Shown here: positions 18,694 through 28,160 of the stretch, piece after piece
Position numbering within the stretch: the stretch's first letter is position 1
Layout: every line of letters begins with the position of its first letter
From: Verrucomicrobia bacterium UBA3750
GTDB taxonomy: Bacteria; Verrucomicrobiota; Kiritimatiellia; RFP12; UBA1067
DNA: 53,349 bases
Assembly: GCA_002371755.1 (NCBI GenBank)
Contig: DFGM01000082.1
Coordinates: 1 to 53,349, forward strand
Reading direction: 5' to 3'
Notes under the pieces: model-generated
Told to the model about the DNA's origin: nothing
The model's database searches: none
What the model saw: the letters and a program-made list of their open reading frames with translations, nothing else
Translations under genes and position numbers: made by a program

Positions 18694-19135
18694 GGTAAAA
18701 AGCGTGGAAGAAACGTGGAGTCTGGCCAGGGACTTCGCCAAGGAACTGCGCCCCGGCGATGTTATTTGCCTGGAAGGAGACCTGGGAGCGGGAAAAACCA
18801 CCTTTACGCAGGCTCTCGCGGCCGGATTGCAGGCCAAGGGTCGCGTAGCCTCCCCAACCTTCTGCATAGTGCGCGAACACCATTGCGCCCCGGGCGCCAC
18901 AGCCCCCATGCTCGTGCATATGGACCTTTACCGGCTTTCCTCGCCTGAAGATGTAATCGCCATCGGGTGGGACGATTATCTCGCAAAAGGCGCAATAATC
19001 GCGGTTGAATGGCCAGAAAGAGCCGGTTATCTCATTCCGAAGGGTGCACATCATGTCCGATTCCTCCATTCGGGGGAGGAGGGCGAGGAAAGCCGTATAA
19101 TCGCCATTGACATCGAGACGCAAAATATGGTATAA
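18677..19135 (+). CDS. tsaE: tRNA threonylcarbamoyladenosine biosynthesis ATPase TsaE
   Basis: LEGDLGAGKTTF, VASPTF, HMDLYRL, VEWPE. Confidence 0.95.
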   Translation: MKGIYKVKSVEETWSLARDFAKELRPGDVICLEGDLGAGKTTFTQALAAGLQAKGRVASPTFCIVREHHCAPGATAPMLVHMDLYRLSSPEDVIAIGWDDYLAKGAIIAVEWPERAGYLIPKGAHHVRFLHSGEEGEESRIIAIDIETQNMV

Positions 19136-19136
19136 T
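19107..19136 (+). promoter_or_regulatory. Consensus sigma70 promoter for the polysaccharide-export cassette, embedded in the tsaE 3' end
   Basis: TTGACA (19107-19112), 18-nt spacer, TGgTATAAT (19128-19136). Confidence 0.75.
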
Positions 19137-19147
19137 AAGGGGTGCTT

Positions 19148-19831
19148 ATGGGTAAAGTATGCCATGAAATGATTTTGATGGCAGTCGCCTGCATATTGCT
19201 GAGCGGCTGTGCCACTATTACTGAGACGGTTTCCAACGCGTTCAAACCTAAAGAAACGGCGGTGGAAGAGACGCTTGCCGCCACATATGTGGATGGTCCG
19301 CGCGTGCGTATCGGCGTGGGGCTCATCGTGCAGGTGAGCACGCTCTCGCAGCAGCCCACGACCATGCAGGTGCAGGTGGATCAGAGCGGCAACATCGTGC
19401 TGCCCTATCTCCTTCAGGAGCCGGTGGCTTGCAACGGCATGAAGCTCGACGACCTCAAGGATAAGCTTATAAAGGAGTATTCCTACTTCCTCAAGCAGCC
19501 GCAGGTGATGGTGACTTTTGCGCCGTTCGATTCCCGTTCGGGCGGGGTTAGCCCGTGGGGGACGATTACGGTGCTGGGCGAAGTGGCAAATCCCGGCCCC
19601 GTGAATGTTCCTTCCACGATGGATCTCACAGTCACCAAGGTTCTGCAGGTGTCGGGCGGTCTCAAACCTTTCGCCGACAAGCGCAATGTGCGTGTGACGA
19701 GGTGCGATGCACGCGGCAAGCAGACCCGTTTCACCGTGAATATCGACGAAATCGGCAAGGAAGGGCGCATAGACAAGGATATTACGCTCAATGCGGGCGA
19801 TGTGGTGTATGTGCCCGAAACATGGTACTGA
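19148..19831 (+). CDS. Short OPX/Wza-like polysaccharide export lipoprotein (Poly_export + one SLBB)
   Basis: Lipobox LLSGC; VDQSGNIVLPYL...G.KL..L, PQVMV, ITVLGEVANPG, GG..PFA..RNVRVTR, LNAGDVVYVPE; ends 3 residues after the SLBB. Confidence 0.85.
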   Translation: MGKVCHEMILMAVACILLSGCATITETVSNAFKPKETAVEETLAATYVDGPRVRIGVGLIVQVSTLSQQPTTMQVQVDQSGNIVLPYLLQEPVACNGMKLDDLKDKLIKEYSYFLKQPQVMVTFAPFDSRSGGVSPWGTITVLGEVANPGPVNVPSTMDLTVTKVLQVSGGLKPFADKRNVRVTRCDARGKQTRFTVNIDEIGKEGRIDKDITLNAGDVVYVPETWY

Positions 19832-19843
19832 GACTTGCAACGC

Positions 19844-19881
19844 AACAATACTCTAATATAGAACAATACTCTAATATAGAA
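19844..19881 (+). repeat. Perfect 18-bp AT-rich tandem duplication
   Basis: AACAATACTCTAATATAG at 19844-19861 and 19862-19879, intergenic. Confidence 0.9.
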
Positions 19882-19900
19882 TAGAAAGGAATAGAGAAAC

Positions 19901-20827
19901 ATGAAAAAACTGCTGATGCTGCTAGCGATGGCGCTTTCCACGGTCGCCATGGCGGAGATGTCGCTTGCTGATGCGCGCGGCAAAATCGGTGATGTCGTCG
20001 CCAGTCCAGACAAGATGTCTGCAATCATGAAGGAACTTTCCAGCGAAGATCAGGTGGCCTTTCTGGCGGAAGTAAATGCGGCGATCGACAATCTGCGCGC
20101 ATCCACCAACGAGAAGACGATGCTCTTCCTCCAGGTGAACGAAGCGGCGTTGAAGAGCGCGAACAAGGGCAACCTCCAGGCGCTTCTCGCCGAATCCTAT
20201 GCCACGGTGCCGTGCGAAGCGCTCACCGTGCTCAACGAGCGCTATGCCACCGACCTCTTCAGCCGCAACGCCAACCCGACGAGGCCCGTGAGCGATGCCG
20301 ACTTCCAGAAGACGGTTTCCGACACCATGAAGGTGATTGCCGAGCGCATGGCGAAGACGGACGATTCCGACGTGCGCACCACGTTCGCGATTCTTACGTT
20401 CCTGCGCGCTTCCGAAGGAACGCCCGCCGATCTCGCCAAGACTCTCGTCGAAGTCATTCCCGACGCGAAGGCCCGCGACCTCGCCATGACCGAGTGGATT
20501 CCCTCCGCAATGGCTGAAGGTATGAGCAAGACGTACGAGCCGATGCTCGGCGCGGCCGATGCCGGCATCGCCCCGACGATTGACTTCTCGCCCGTCACCA
20601 CCGTGGCTCCTTCCGAAGGCCTCGTCGCGCTTGCCGCCGATATCGGCAGCACCTCTTCCGCCTTCAGCGCTTCCACGTTCGGTCTTGGCGTCGTGGGTAT
20701 TCCCCAGGGCTTGACGCACGACGTGGGTGTAGACCGTATTCCCCGCACAAGGAACCCGAACGCTCCTTGGAACAGCGACGATCGTCGCGGTCGCGAACCC
20801 GATCCCTATGATTTCCAGACCCTCTAA
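19901..20827 (+). CDS. Secreted, mostly alpha-helical hypothetical protein
   Basis: AAAGGA RBS-like sequence, Sec signal MKKLLMLLAMALSTVAMA, strong host-like codon bias, no recognisable motif. Confidence 0.75.
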   Translation: MKKLLMLLAMALSTVAMAEMSLADARGKIGDVVASPDKMSAIMKELSSEDQVAFLAEVNAAIDNLRASTNEKTMLFLQVNEAALKSANKGNLQALLAESYATVPCEALTVLNERYATDLFSRNANPTRPVSDADFQKTVSDTMKVIAERMAKTDDSDVRTTFAILTFLRASEGTPADLAKTLVEVIPDAKARDLAMTEWIPSAMAEGMSKTYEPMLGAADAGIAPTIDFSPVTTVAPSEGLVALAADIGSTSSAFSASTFGLGVVGIPQGLTHDVGVDRIPRTRNPNAPWNSDDRRGREPDPYDFQTL

Positions 20828-20849
20828 TATTTCAAGAACGGAGCAAACG

Positions 20850-22103
20850 ATGAAATCCATCAAATTCCTCCTCACCGCCGCAGCTGCGGCAGCTTCCACC
20901 GCCGCGCTCGCCGGCGAGATGGATAGACCTACCGGCTTCAAGGTGGGAGACCGCCTTACGCTCAGACCCTACGTCTCGATGTCGTATACCTACGATTCCA
21001 ACGTGGACTCCACCCGCCACGGCAAGACCGGCTCCAACTGGTCTGTGGAGCCCGGCTTCGCCGCCGACTATGTTGGCGAGAACTGGAAACTCGATGGTCG
21101 CGCCTGGTATCAGTACCATGCCTACAACCACTATTCCAGCCAGCTCAACCAGTCCAGCTTCGGCGAAATCCTCAGTTTCACCTGGGCGGATTCCCTCCCG
21201 AACGAGAAGGGCTGGACGGTGAAGTTCTCCGAGCAGTTCCGCCAGATTGCGCAGGATGACGATATGACCACCAGCGACGGCCGCGGCATGGGGCGTGACC
21301 GCAAGGAGTTCACGTTCGATTCCATCGTGGAGCGCCGCATCAACCAGTATCTGCACGGCGCCTTGACCGCGGGCTACTACTTCCTCGACTACGAGAACAA
21401 CGTCAAGAAGTATGCGACGATGTTCGGCTGGGAGCGCGTTACCGTGGGCGGCGAAGCGGGCTATACGGCTTCGAAGTGGACAGACTTCGTGATTTCCGGC
21501 AACTACATGTGGTACACGCAGGATAACGACAGCCTTCACGGCTCGCCCTACTATTCGGGTTACACGCCCAAGGGGCGCCATATCAGCGGCGATTCCGAGG
21601 GCTGGTCGCTCATGGGCGGTATCGCGACGCGTGCGACCGAGCGAATCGAGTATCGTCTCTTGGGTGGCTACAGCCGCTTCGACTACGGCAACGGCGCGAA
21701 GAAGCTCGGCGGCTTCACCTACCAGACGTCCGCGCGCTGGGCAATCAACGACCGTCTGAGTTTCATGCTCCTCGGTTCGAGCTACTATCAGCCTTCCGAA
21801 AACAGCTACGGTTCGGCCAACAAGGTCTATACCGCCTCGGCCGGTCTCGCAAAGAGCTGGGTGCGCGGAAAGCTTTCCACCAACATCGACCTTGCATATC
21901 GCAAGGAGAGGACGGAGTATGCCGAGTATAATATCGACAACTACGACCGCGACATCTACACCGGCCGCATCGCCCTCAACTACCGCCTCAACAGGTTCCT
22001 CACGGCTTTCACCAGCCTCGAGTACCAGATGGAGGATAGCGACCGCAGGTCCTACGAATACGACCGCTGGCGCGGCACGGTGGGTATGCGCCTGACTTAC
22101 TGA
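20850..22103 (+). CDS. Outer-membrane beta-barrel protein (BBP2/polysaccharide-export-associated type)
   Basis: Start MKSIKF with signal peptide; YTYDSNV early motif, alternating aromatic/polar strands rich in Y/G/S/D, C-terminal BAM-type signature GMRLTY. Confidence 0.8.
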   Translation: MKSIKFLLTAAAAAASTAALAGEMDRPTGFKVGDRLTLRPYVSMSYTYDSNVDSTRHGKTGSNWSVEPGFAADYVGENWKLDGRAWYQYHAYNHYSSQLNQSSFGEILSFTWADSLPNEKGWTVKFSEQFRQIAQDDDMTTSDGRGMGRDRKEFTFDSIVERRINQYLHGALTAGYYFLDYENNVKKYATMFGWERVTVGGEAGYTASKWTDFVISGNYMWYTQDNDSLHGSPYYSGYTPKGRHISGDSEGWSLMGGIATRATERIEYRLLGGYSRFDYGNGAKKLGGFTYQTSARWAINDRLSFMLLGSSYYQPSENSYGSANKVYTASAGLAKSWVRGKLSTNIDLAYRKERTEYAEYNIDNYDRDIYTGRIALNYRLNRFLTAFTSLEYQMEDSDRRSYEYDRWRGTVGMRLTY

Positions 22104-22109
22104 CGAGCA

Positions 22110-23528
22110 GTGCAAAAGCTCATATCCAAATATGCATTGGCGGCGCACCTCGCATTGCTTGCGGTGTCGCCGCTCTTCCTATTCTCGCTATGCCCGTCCG
22201 AGACCGTCTCGCGCGTGATGATGTGGCTTTCGCTCTATGCGGTGGTGTGGTTCTTCCTGGAGCCCTCCCGCATGAAGGACGAGATGCTGCATGATTCGCG
22301 CCGCCGCGTTGCCAAGGCTCTGGTGCGCGACCCTCTTTTCTGGGCGTTTGCCGTTCTAGCCGTCGTATGCTTCTGCAGATGGATGAACGACGGCATCCAG
22401 ATGGCCTACGATGCCGAGAACCAGTTCTGGTATGTGAAAAAGGCGGCAATGGCGTATTTCCCCGGCTCCATCACCGGGCATGGCGAAATAGAGTTCTCGG
22501 CTCTTCTGGCTGTATGGATAATAGTGATGGGGATACGGCACGCGCTCGGCAGGGCTGCAAGGCTCGGTTTTCTTTTTATGTCGTCGCTCTTCGCCGGGGT
22601 GGCGGTTGCGGTATCTGGAATAGCGGCGGTTTTCGGGAACAGCGAAGCGATTGCCGCGATGAACACGCCCTATGGGAGCCGCGGATTCGCCGGCTTGGCG
22701 TTCGGACTCTATTTCCTGGGCGGCATGACCGGTCTTGCAGGCGCACTCGAGCACAAGTGGAAGAAAATCACGATGTTTTTCATCCTCGGGCTTGGAGGCT
22801 CGGCGGCGGGCGCCTTCCTTTTCGCGCCTCCCGCGATGGTCGCGCTTTACGCGATTGCCGCTGCGGTGTTCCTTCTCTTCAACATCCTCTGGCTCGCCTT
22901 TCGCGGAAGAACCTCTTCCAGCATGAAGTTGCTGGCGGTAGTCATCATGTCGCTCGGAGTAGCAGTCCTAATCGTGATGGCATTCTCGCCGGAAGGGCTG
23001 GACGCGGAGCGCGTATCGGCTATTCTCGAAGGGCGGTTTTTCCCCGATACATTCAGCGCGATAGCCGCTTCTCTCGCCGAAATCTCGAAGAAGGCCTGGC
23101 TTCTCAACCCGTGGCTCGGCTCGGGTATCGACTCCTTCCCGCTGGACATACGCTTCAACGCTACTGATGACGACTGGGCGCTTCTGCCGATTGGCATCAC
23201 GAGCGCCTACAGCGGCTGGTGGACTTTCATAGCCGAGCGCGGCATCGTGGGCGCCTTGATGATGGCGACGCCGCTCGGCTTCATGGTGTGGACGTTCCTC
23301 CACCGCCTCCCCGGAGTTCTCCGCCATTCCTTCTTCATGCCGGGCGTAGTCCTTGGCTTTGCGGCATTCGCCGCTGCGATTGCCGAAACCTTTGCCGATG
23401 CATCCTTCCTTCGCCCCGAGGCATTGATTGCGCTCGCGGCGTTCATGGCGGTTGCCGCGGCGTCCTTGCCGCCCCTCAAAGACGGGAAAAAGAGCGGCAA
23501 CCAGAAAGACAACGAACAAGACGATTGA
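22110..23528 (+). CDS. Polytopic membrane protein, O-antigen ligase/Wzy-like
   Basis: About a dozen hydrophobic segments; large late loop with NPWLGSGIDSF and ..ERGIVG resembling Wzy_C; lies between the barrel and Wzc. Confidence 0.6.
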   Translation: MQKLISKYALAAHLALLAVSPLFLFSLCPSETVSRVMMWLSLYAVVWFFLEPSRMKDEMLHDSRRRVAKALVRDPLFWAFAVLAVVCFCRWMNDGIQMAYDAENQFWYVKKAAMAYFPGSITGHGEIEFSALLAVWIIVMGIRHALGRAARLGFLFMSSLFAGVAVAVSGIAAVFGNSEAIAAMNTPYGSRGFAGLAFGLYFLGGMTGLAGALEHKWKKITMFFILGLGGSAAGAFLFAPPAMVALYAIAAAVFLLFNILWLAFRGRTSSSMKLLAVVIMSLGVAVLIVMAFSPEGLDAERVSAILEGRFFPDTFSAIAASLAEISKKAWLLNPWLGSGIDSFPLDIRFNATDDDWALLPIGITSAYSGWWTFIAERGIVGALMMATPLGFMVWTFLHRLPGVLRHSFFMPGVVLGFAAFAAAIAETFADASFLRPEALIALAAFMAVAAASLPPLKDGKKSGNQKDNEQDD

Positions 23529-23545
23529 TTTCCGGAGACATATCC

Positions 23546-26104
23546 ATGGCAGACAAACCTCTTTACTACGGCAATTCGAAGTCCTCCCCCATGTATTACG
23601 GGGCGTCGAGCGGCACATCTTCACGCCCCGGATACGGCGGCAACTCCCCGATGTACTATGGCACCAAGCAGCAGTATGGCACATACGGGCAGTATGGCGC
23701 GTACGGCGGCACGTATGGCGGCGGCCAGGGCGGCGACGATGGCTCGGTGGTGGGCACGATTACGATTGCGCGCATCTTGAGGGTCATATCCCAGCGCTGG
23801 CTTTCGGTGTTCGTCTTCATACTCGTCGGCCTTATCGTGGCGTTCGCGGTCTATCGCATATCGCCGACGGTGTACGAAGCGTCAAGCGACTTCACGATGG
23901 ATATCCGCCGCGCCTCGTCATCCCGTCCCACGAGTGCACTTGATTCCGCAATGCTCGACTTGGGCAACAACTACGCCGAAATCTTCAATACGCGCCTTCC
24001 CGAGTGGCGAAGCGAAAGAATCGTCACGAAGATCGTGCAGGAATACCGTTCGGCATATCCGGCGTCGACTGTTGCCGACGACGAGCTCATGAAGACGCTC
24101 GGCAGTTCGAAACTGGAGCTTCAGCGCAACTCGCGCCTTATTACGATTACGGTGCGTTCCACCTCGCCCCAGCTCGCATCCTCTCTGGCAAACGCCTATG
24201 CGGACGCGATTGAAGCCTTCACGGACGACGAAAACAAGATTCGTTGCGACAAGGCGGTGAGCCAGATTCACGCGAATGTGGAAAAGAAGCGTCGCGAGGC
24301 CGACAAGGTAGCCAAGCAGCTGCTCGACTTCCGCACGGCCAACAAGGTGGACAACCTTCGCTCCTCGCGCGAGACCAACCAGCAGGCCCTGCAGAAGACC
24401 ACGGCGGATATTCTCGCTCTGGAGCGCGAAGAAGGGCAGCTCATGGAGTGGGAGAAGCTTCTTGAAGGAGTTCGGAAGGACCCCGAAAGCTTCGGCTCGC
24501 TTTCCGCCACAGTGCCGCGCGCGCAGGAAATCGCCACCGAATACCGCGCTTTCCAGGATGCGCTCACCGAGCACGCGAAGCTCCAGTTCAGCTTCACCGA
24601 AAACCACCCGGAAGTGATTGCCAAGGCGAAAGAACTTGAAATGGCGAAGGAACGCTTCCTTGCGGCTTCCGAGCGCGCTCTTCAGACCGGGCACTCCACG
24701 TTGCAGGTTACGCGCAACCAGCTTGCGGCTCTCCGCGCGAAGCAGGAAGACCTTCGCAACGAGCTTGCCTCCCTTGAACAGCGCATCGTGCTTGCGGAAT
24801 CGGGGCTCGGCCAGCTCGAAGCGGTGTATGGCGTTGCAAACCGCGTTCTGGAAGACCTCATCCTCCAGGAGAACAAGGCGCGCCTCGAAGCGGAATACAA
24901 CAATGAAATCGTGCATGTGGCCCGTCGCGCCACCGTGCCCACGAAGCCCGTCGCGCCCAACGCGCTCGTCATCTTCGGCGCGGGAATTGTCCTTTCCATC
25001 GCACTCGGCCTCGTGTTCGTGCTTGTCCTCGACAACCTTGAAGATACGATTGTGAACCTGGGCGACATTGAAGGGCGTCTCTCGCTCAAGGTGCTCGCCG
25101 TATTCCCGCACGTCCGGCGCAAACAGCGCGAGGAGGTGGCGAAGTTCGCCGCCGAGGATAAGTATTCGCAGTTCGCGGAAACCGTCGCGGGCCTGAGAAA
25201 CCTCTTCGATTCCCCGCGCTACGAATCGATGACGCACTGCCTGCTCGTAATCTCCACCCAGCCGGGCGAGGGCAAGACGATTACCACATCGTCGATTGCC
25301 ATCTCCTACGCCCAAGCCGGGAAGAAGACTCTGCATGTGGATTTCGACCTGCGCCGTCCGCGCCTCGCAAAGGTGTGGGGGATAGAACTCCAGAAGGAAT
25401 GCAGCTTCTCGCACGCTCTCCAGGGCGCGACGGCCGACTCCCGTCCTGACTTCGACAAGCTCGTCAATAAATGCTCCGTGCCGGGTCTTGACGTCATCTG
25501 CTCGCTCCCGCCGGACGGCGTGGATCCATCGTCCATTCTCGGCTCTGCCGTTGTGGCGGACTTCTTTACATGGGCGCGTTCCAGATACGAGCGCATTGTC
25601 ATCGATGCGCCGCCTTTCGGCATCGTGGGCGATACGGTATCTCTCGCCATGCTTGCGGATGGCGTCGTAATCATGTGCCGTCCCGACCGGACGCACTTCA
25701 AGCCGATACAGTTCTGCTCGCGCACTCTGACCGAGGCGGGCGCCAACATCCTCGGCGTGATCGTGAACGATGTCGAGCTTTCCAACGTCAGCGCGTTCAG
25801 CCCCTCCTCGCACCACCACTACGGCTATGGCTACGGTTATGGCTATGGCTATGGCTACGGCTACGGGCGCGGCTATGGATATGGTTACGGGTATCGTCCA
25901 TCCAAGAAATCCAAGAAGGACAAAAAGGACAAGAAGAACGTGAAGCTCGTCGTGGCAGAGGAAGAAGAACCAGCCACGCAGGCCACCGTGGCAGGAGCGG
26001 AAGCGGCGGAATCCAAGGACGCGAAGGACGTCAAGGACGCGGCGAAGGGCGCGAAGAAGCGCCCGAGCATCGACGAGAACATGGATCTCACCGACGACGA
26101 ATGA
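23546..26104 (+). CDS. wzc: Wzc-like polysaccharide co-polymerase/BY tyrosine kinase
   Basis: Start reassigned to MADKPL (GGAG upstream); two TMs flanking a coiled-coil, ENHPEV, Walker A STQPGEGKT, A' VDFDLRRP, B IVIDAPP, (YG)n Tyr cluster. Confidence 0.9.
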   Translation: MADKPLYYGNSKSSPMYYGASSGTSSRPGYGGNSPMYYGTKQQYGTYGQYGAYGGTYGGGQGGDDGSVVGTITIARILRVISQRWLSVFVFILVGLIVAFAVYRISPTVYEASSDFTMDIRRASSSRPTSALDSAMLDLGNNYAEIFNTRLPEWRSERIVTKIVQEYRSAYPASTVADDELMKTLGSSKLELQRNSRLITITVRSTSPQLASSLANAYADAIEAFTDDENKIRCDKAVSQIHANVEKKRREADKVAKQLLDFRTANKVDNLRSSRETNQQALQKTTADILALEREEGQLMEWEKLLEGVRKDPESFGSLSATVPRAQEIATEYRAFQDALTEHAKLQFSFTENHPEVIAKAKELEMAKERFLAASERALQTGHSTLQVTRNQLAALRAKQEDLRNELASLEQRIVLAESGLGQLEAVYGVANRVLEDLILQENKARLEAEYNNEIVHVARRATVPTKPVAPNALVIFGAGIVLSIALGLVFVLVLDNLEDTIVNLGDIEGRLSLKVLAVFPHVRRKQREEVAKFAAEDKYSQFAETVAGLRNLFDSPRYESMTHCLLVISTQPGEGKTITTSSIAISYAQAGKKTLHVDFDLRRPRLAKVWGIELQKECSFSHALQGATADSRPDFDKLVNKCSVPGLDVICSLPPDGVDPSSILGSAVVADFFTWARSRYERIVIDAPPFGIVGDTVSLAMLADGVVIMCRPDRTHFKPIQFCSRTLTEAGANILGVIVNDVELSNVSAFSPSSHHHYGYGYGYGYGYGYGYGRGYGYGYGYRPSKKSKKDKKDKKNVKLVVAEEEEPATQATVAGAEAAESKDAKDVKDAAKGAKKRPSIDENMDLTDDE
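25820..25894 (+). repeat. Coding hexamer repeat (TAYGGN)n giving the YG tyrosine cluster of Wzc
   Basis: (YG)8-RG-(YG)3-Y, 12 Tyr. Confidence 0.9.
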
Positions 26105-27033
26105 AGAAAGTCTTCATAGACGGCAGTGCCGGCACTACGGGTCTTAGAATCCTCGAGCGACTTGAGAAGCGGGCGGACCTGGAACTCATACGCCTTGCCG
26201 AGGCTCTCCGGAAAGACCCATCGGCGAGGGCGGATGCGATTAACGCTTCCGATGCAGCATTCCTCTGTCTTCCGGACGATGCGGCGCGCGAGGCGGCGGG
26301 TATGGTCGCCAACGATAAGACGGTGGTAATCGATACATCCACGGCGCACCGCGTCTGCGAAGGGTGGGAATACGGTTTTCCCGAGCTTCACGGGCGGCGC
26401 GAAAGGATTGCAGCTTCTCGCCGTATCGCCAACCCCGGCTGCCACGCTTCCGGCTTTGTTGCTCTCGTAGAGCCTCTTGTCCGCGCAGGTATAATCGCGC
26501 GAGATGCGGCCTTGACGGCGTTTTCGCTCACGGGCTTTTCCGGCGGCGGCAAGAAGATGATAGCCGACTACGGCGAACATGAAGGCGATGTGGAATATCT
26601 GGGCGCACGCCAATACGCCCTCGGTCAGGCACACAAGCACCTTCCTGAGATGGTGAAAGTCTGCTCGCTTGAACGCGCCCCCGTCTTCGCGCCTGTCATC
26701 GCACCGCATTACAGCGGCATGCAGACCACGGTGATGCTGCCGGGCGAAATCGTGGAGGGAGGCATTAGAGCCGTGGAAAACTGCCTGAAGGAGGCGTATT
26801 CGGGCGAAAGAGTAGTGCGATATGCAGAAAGTTCATCTCTTCCCGCCGTCATTTCCTCGTCGCTTTTGACCGGGCGCGACGATATGCTCGTGAGCGTCCA
26901 CGGCAACGATGAGCGGATTCTCGCGATTGCCTGTTTCGACAATCTGGGCAAGGGGGCTTCGGGTGCGGCCATCCAGAACATGAATATCGCCCTCGGTTTT
27001 TCCGAGACGGAGGGCTTGGAGCTGGGCGGCTAA
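26101..27033 (+). CDS. argC: N-acetyl-gamma-glutamyl-phosphate reductase (type 2)
   Basis: Start [15 protein letters not shown]; [35 protein letters not shown]. Confidence 0.93.
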   Translation: MKKVFIDGSAGTTGLRILERLEKRADLELIRLAEALRKDPSARADAINASDAAFLCLPDDAAREAAGMVANDKTVVIDTSTAHRVCEGWEYGFPELHGRRERIAASRRIANPGCHASGFVALVEPLVRAGIIARDAALTAFSLTGFSGGGKKMIADYGEHEGDVEYLGARQYALGQAHKHLPEMVKVCSLERAPVFAPVIAPHYSGMQTTVMLPGEIVEGGIRAVENCLKEAYSGERVVRYAESSSLPAVISSSLLTGRDDMLVSVHGNDERILAIACFDNLGKGASGAAIQNMNIALGFSETEGLELGG

Positions 27034-27034
27034 A

Positions 27035-28072
27035 ATGGCGCAGGTCAAGCTAGAGCGCCAGAGCGATGAACTCAATCGCCGCAATTCCGCCTTTGACAAC
27101 AAGCTCAGGCCCACGCAGTTTGGCGACTTTGTAGGCCAGGAGAAGATACGCGACAGGCTGATGCTTGCGGTGGAGGCGGCGAAATCCCGCGGCGAATCGC
27201 TTGACCATGTGCTCTTTTCAGGTCCGCCCGGGCTCGGCAAGACCACGCTTTCCTATATATTAGGCGAGGCGATGGGGGTGAACGTGAAGACCACCTCCGG
27301 CCCTGTGATCAACAAACCTGGCGACTTGGCGGGCCTGCTCACTTCGCTTGAACCCGGCGACATTGTATTCATCGACGAAATTCATCGAATGGCCAAGACT
27401 GTGGAGGAATACCTCTATTCCGCCATGGAGGACTACGCGATAGACATAATGATCGACCAGGGGCCGAACGCGAGGAGCGTTCGTCTGGAACTGCCGCGCT
27501 TCACTTTGGTGGGTGCGACTACGCGTATCGGGCTTATCGCCGCCCCCCTGCGTGCGCGTTTCGGCCTCGTGAACCGTCTCGACTACTACCAGCCGGCGCA
27601 ACTCGCGGAGATTGTGAAACGTTCGGCGAAGCGTCTCGGCGTGGATATAGATGAAGAAGGAGCCGCGGAAATTGCGCGCCGTTCGCGCGGCACCCCGCGC
27701 ATTGCGAACAACCTCCTCCGGCGCGTTCGCGACTATGCGCAGGTGCGCGCCGGAAACTTCATCACAGGCAAAGTGGCCGAAGATTCCCTTTCCCTCCTTG
27801 AAATCGACCCGCACGGACTCGATGAGATGGACCGCCGCATCCTGGAGACGATTTGCGTGAAGTTTTCGGGCGGCCCCGTGGGGCTTTCGACCATAGCCGT
27901 ATCTGTGGGCGAGGAAGCCGACACCGTGGAAGAAGCCTACGAGCCTTTCCTTATAATGGAAGGGTATCTGGAGCGCACGCCGAAGGGGCGCATGGCAACG
28001 GCGCTCGCCTTCGAACGTCTGGGACTAAAGCCCGTGGCCGCTCAATATACGCAAGAAAGGCTCCCGATATGA
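27035..28072 (+). CDS. ruvB: Holliday junction branch migration helicase RuvB
   Basis: [64 protein letters not shown]. Confidence 0.97.
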   Translation: MAQVKLERQSDELNRRNSAFDNKLRPTQFGDFVGQEKIRDRLMLAVEAAKSRGESLDHVLFSGPPGLGKTTLSYILGEAMGVNVKTTSGPVINKPGDLAGLLTSLEPGDIVFIDEIHRMAKTVEEYLYSAMEDYAIDIMIDQGPNARSVRLELPRFTLVGATTRIGLIAAPLRARFGLVNRLDYYQPAQLAEIVKRSAKRLGVDIDEEGAAEIARRSRGTPRIANNLLRRVRDYAQVRAGNFITGKVAEDSLSLLEIDPHGLDEMDRRILETICVKFSGGPVGLSTIAVSVGEEADTVEEAYEPFLIMEGYLERTPKGRMATALAFERLGLKPVAAQYTQERLPI

Positions 28073-28160
28073 TGAATTGCGGCAAATTATCGTCCGCCCT
28101 TGCATTTGCCGCCTTTGTGCGGCTGTAAGACGGCTGCCCCGGTAGATAAGGAGGAGATGG

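Noticed and set aside
23918-25819. Long antisense ORFs (e.g. 1410-2807, 23918-25819, 31813-33495, 43767-45437, 45197-46846)
   Set aside because: Shadow ORFs expected opposite GC-rich, codon-biased genes; no recognisable motifs
25570-26100. Long N-terminal extension of argC containing (LW/LR)n
   Set aside because: Alternative-frame reading of the Wzc YG repeat; ArgC begins at 26101
3460-26104. Tad operon and polysaccharide export cassette as one functional unit
   Set aside because: They are separated by fadD-like, dehydrogenase and tsaE genes and have their own promoters; proximity alone is insufficient without synteny data
28079-28112. Inverted repeat GCGGCAAAT/ATTTGCCGC after ruvB as a terminator
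   Set aside because: 16-nt loop and weak U-tract; not convincing
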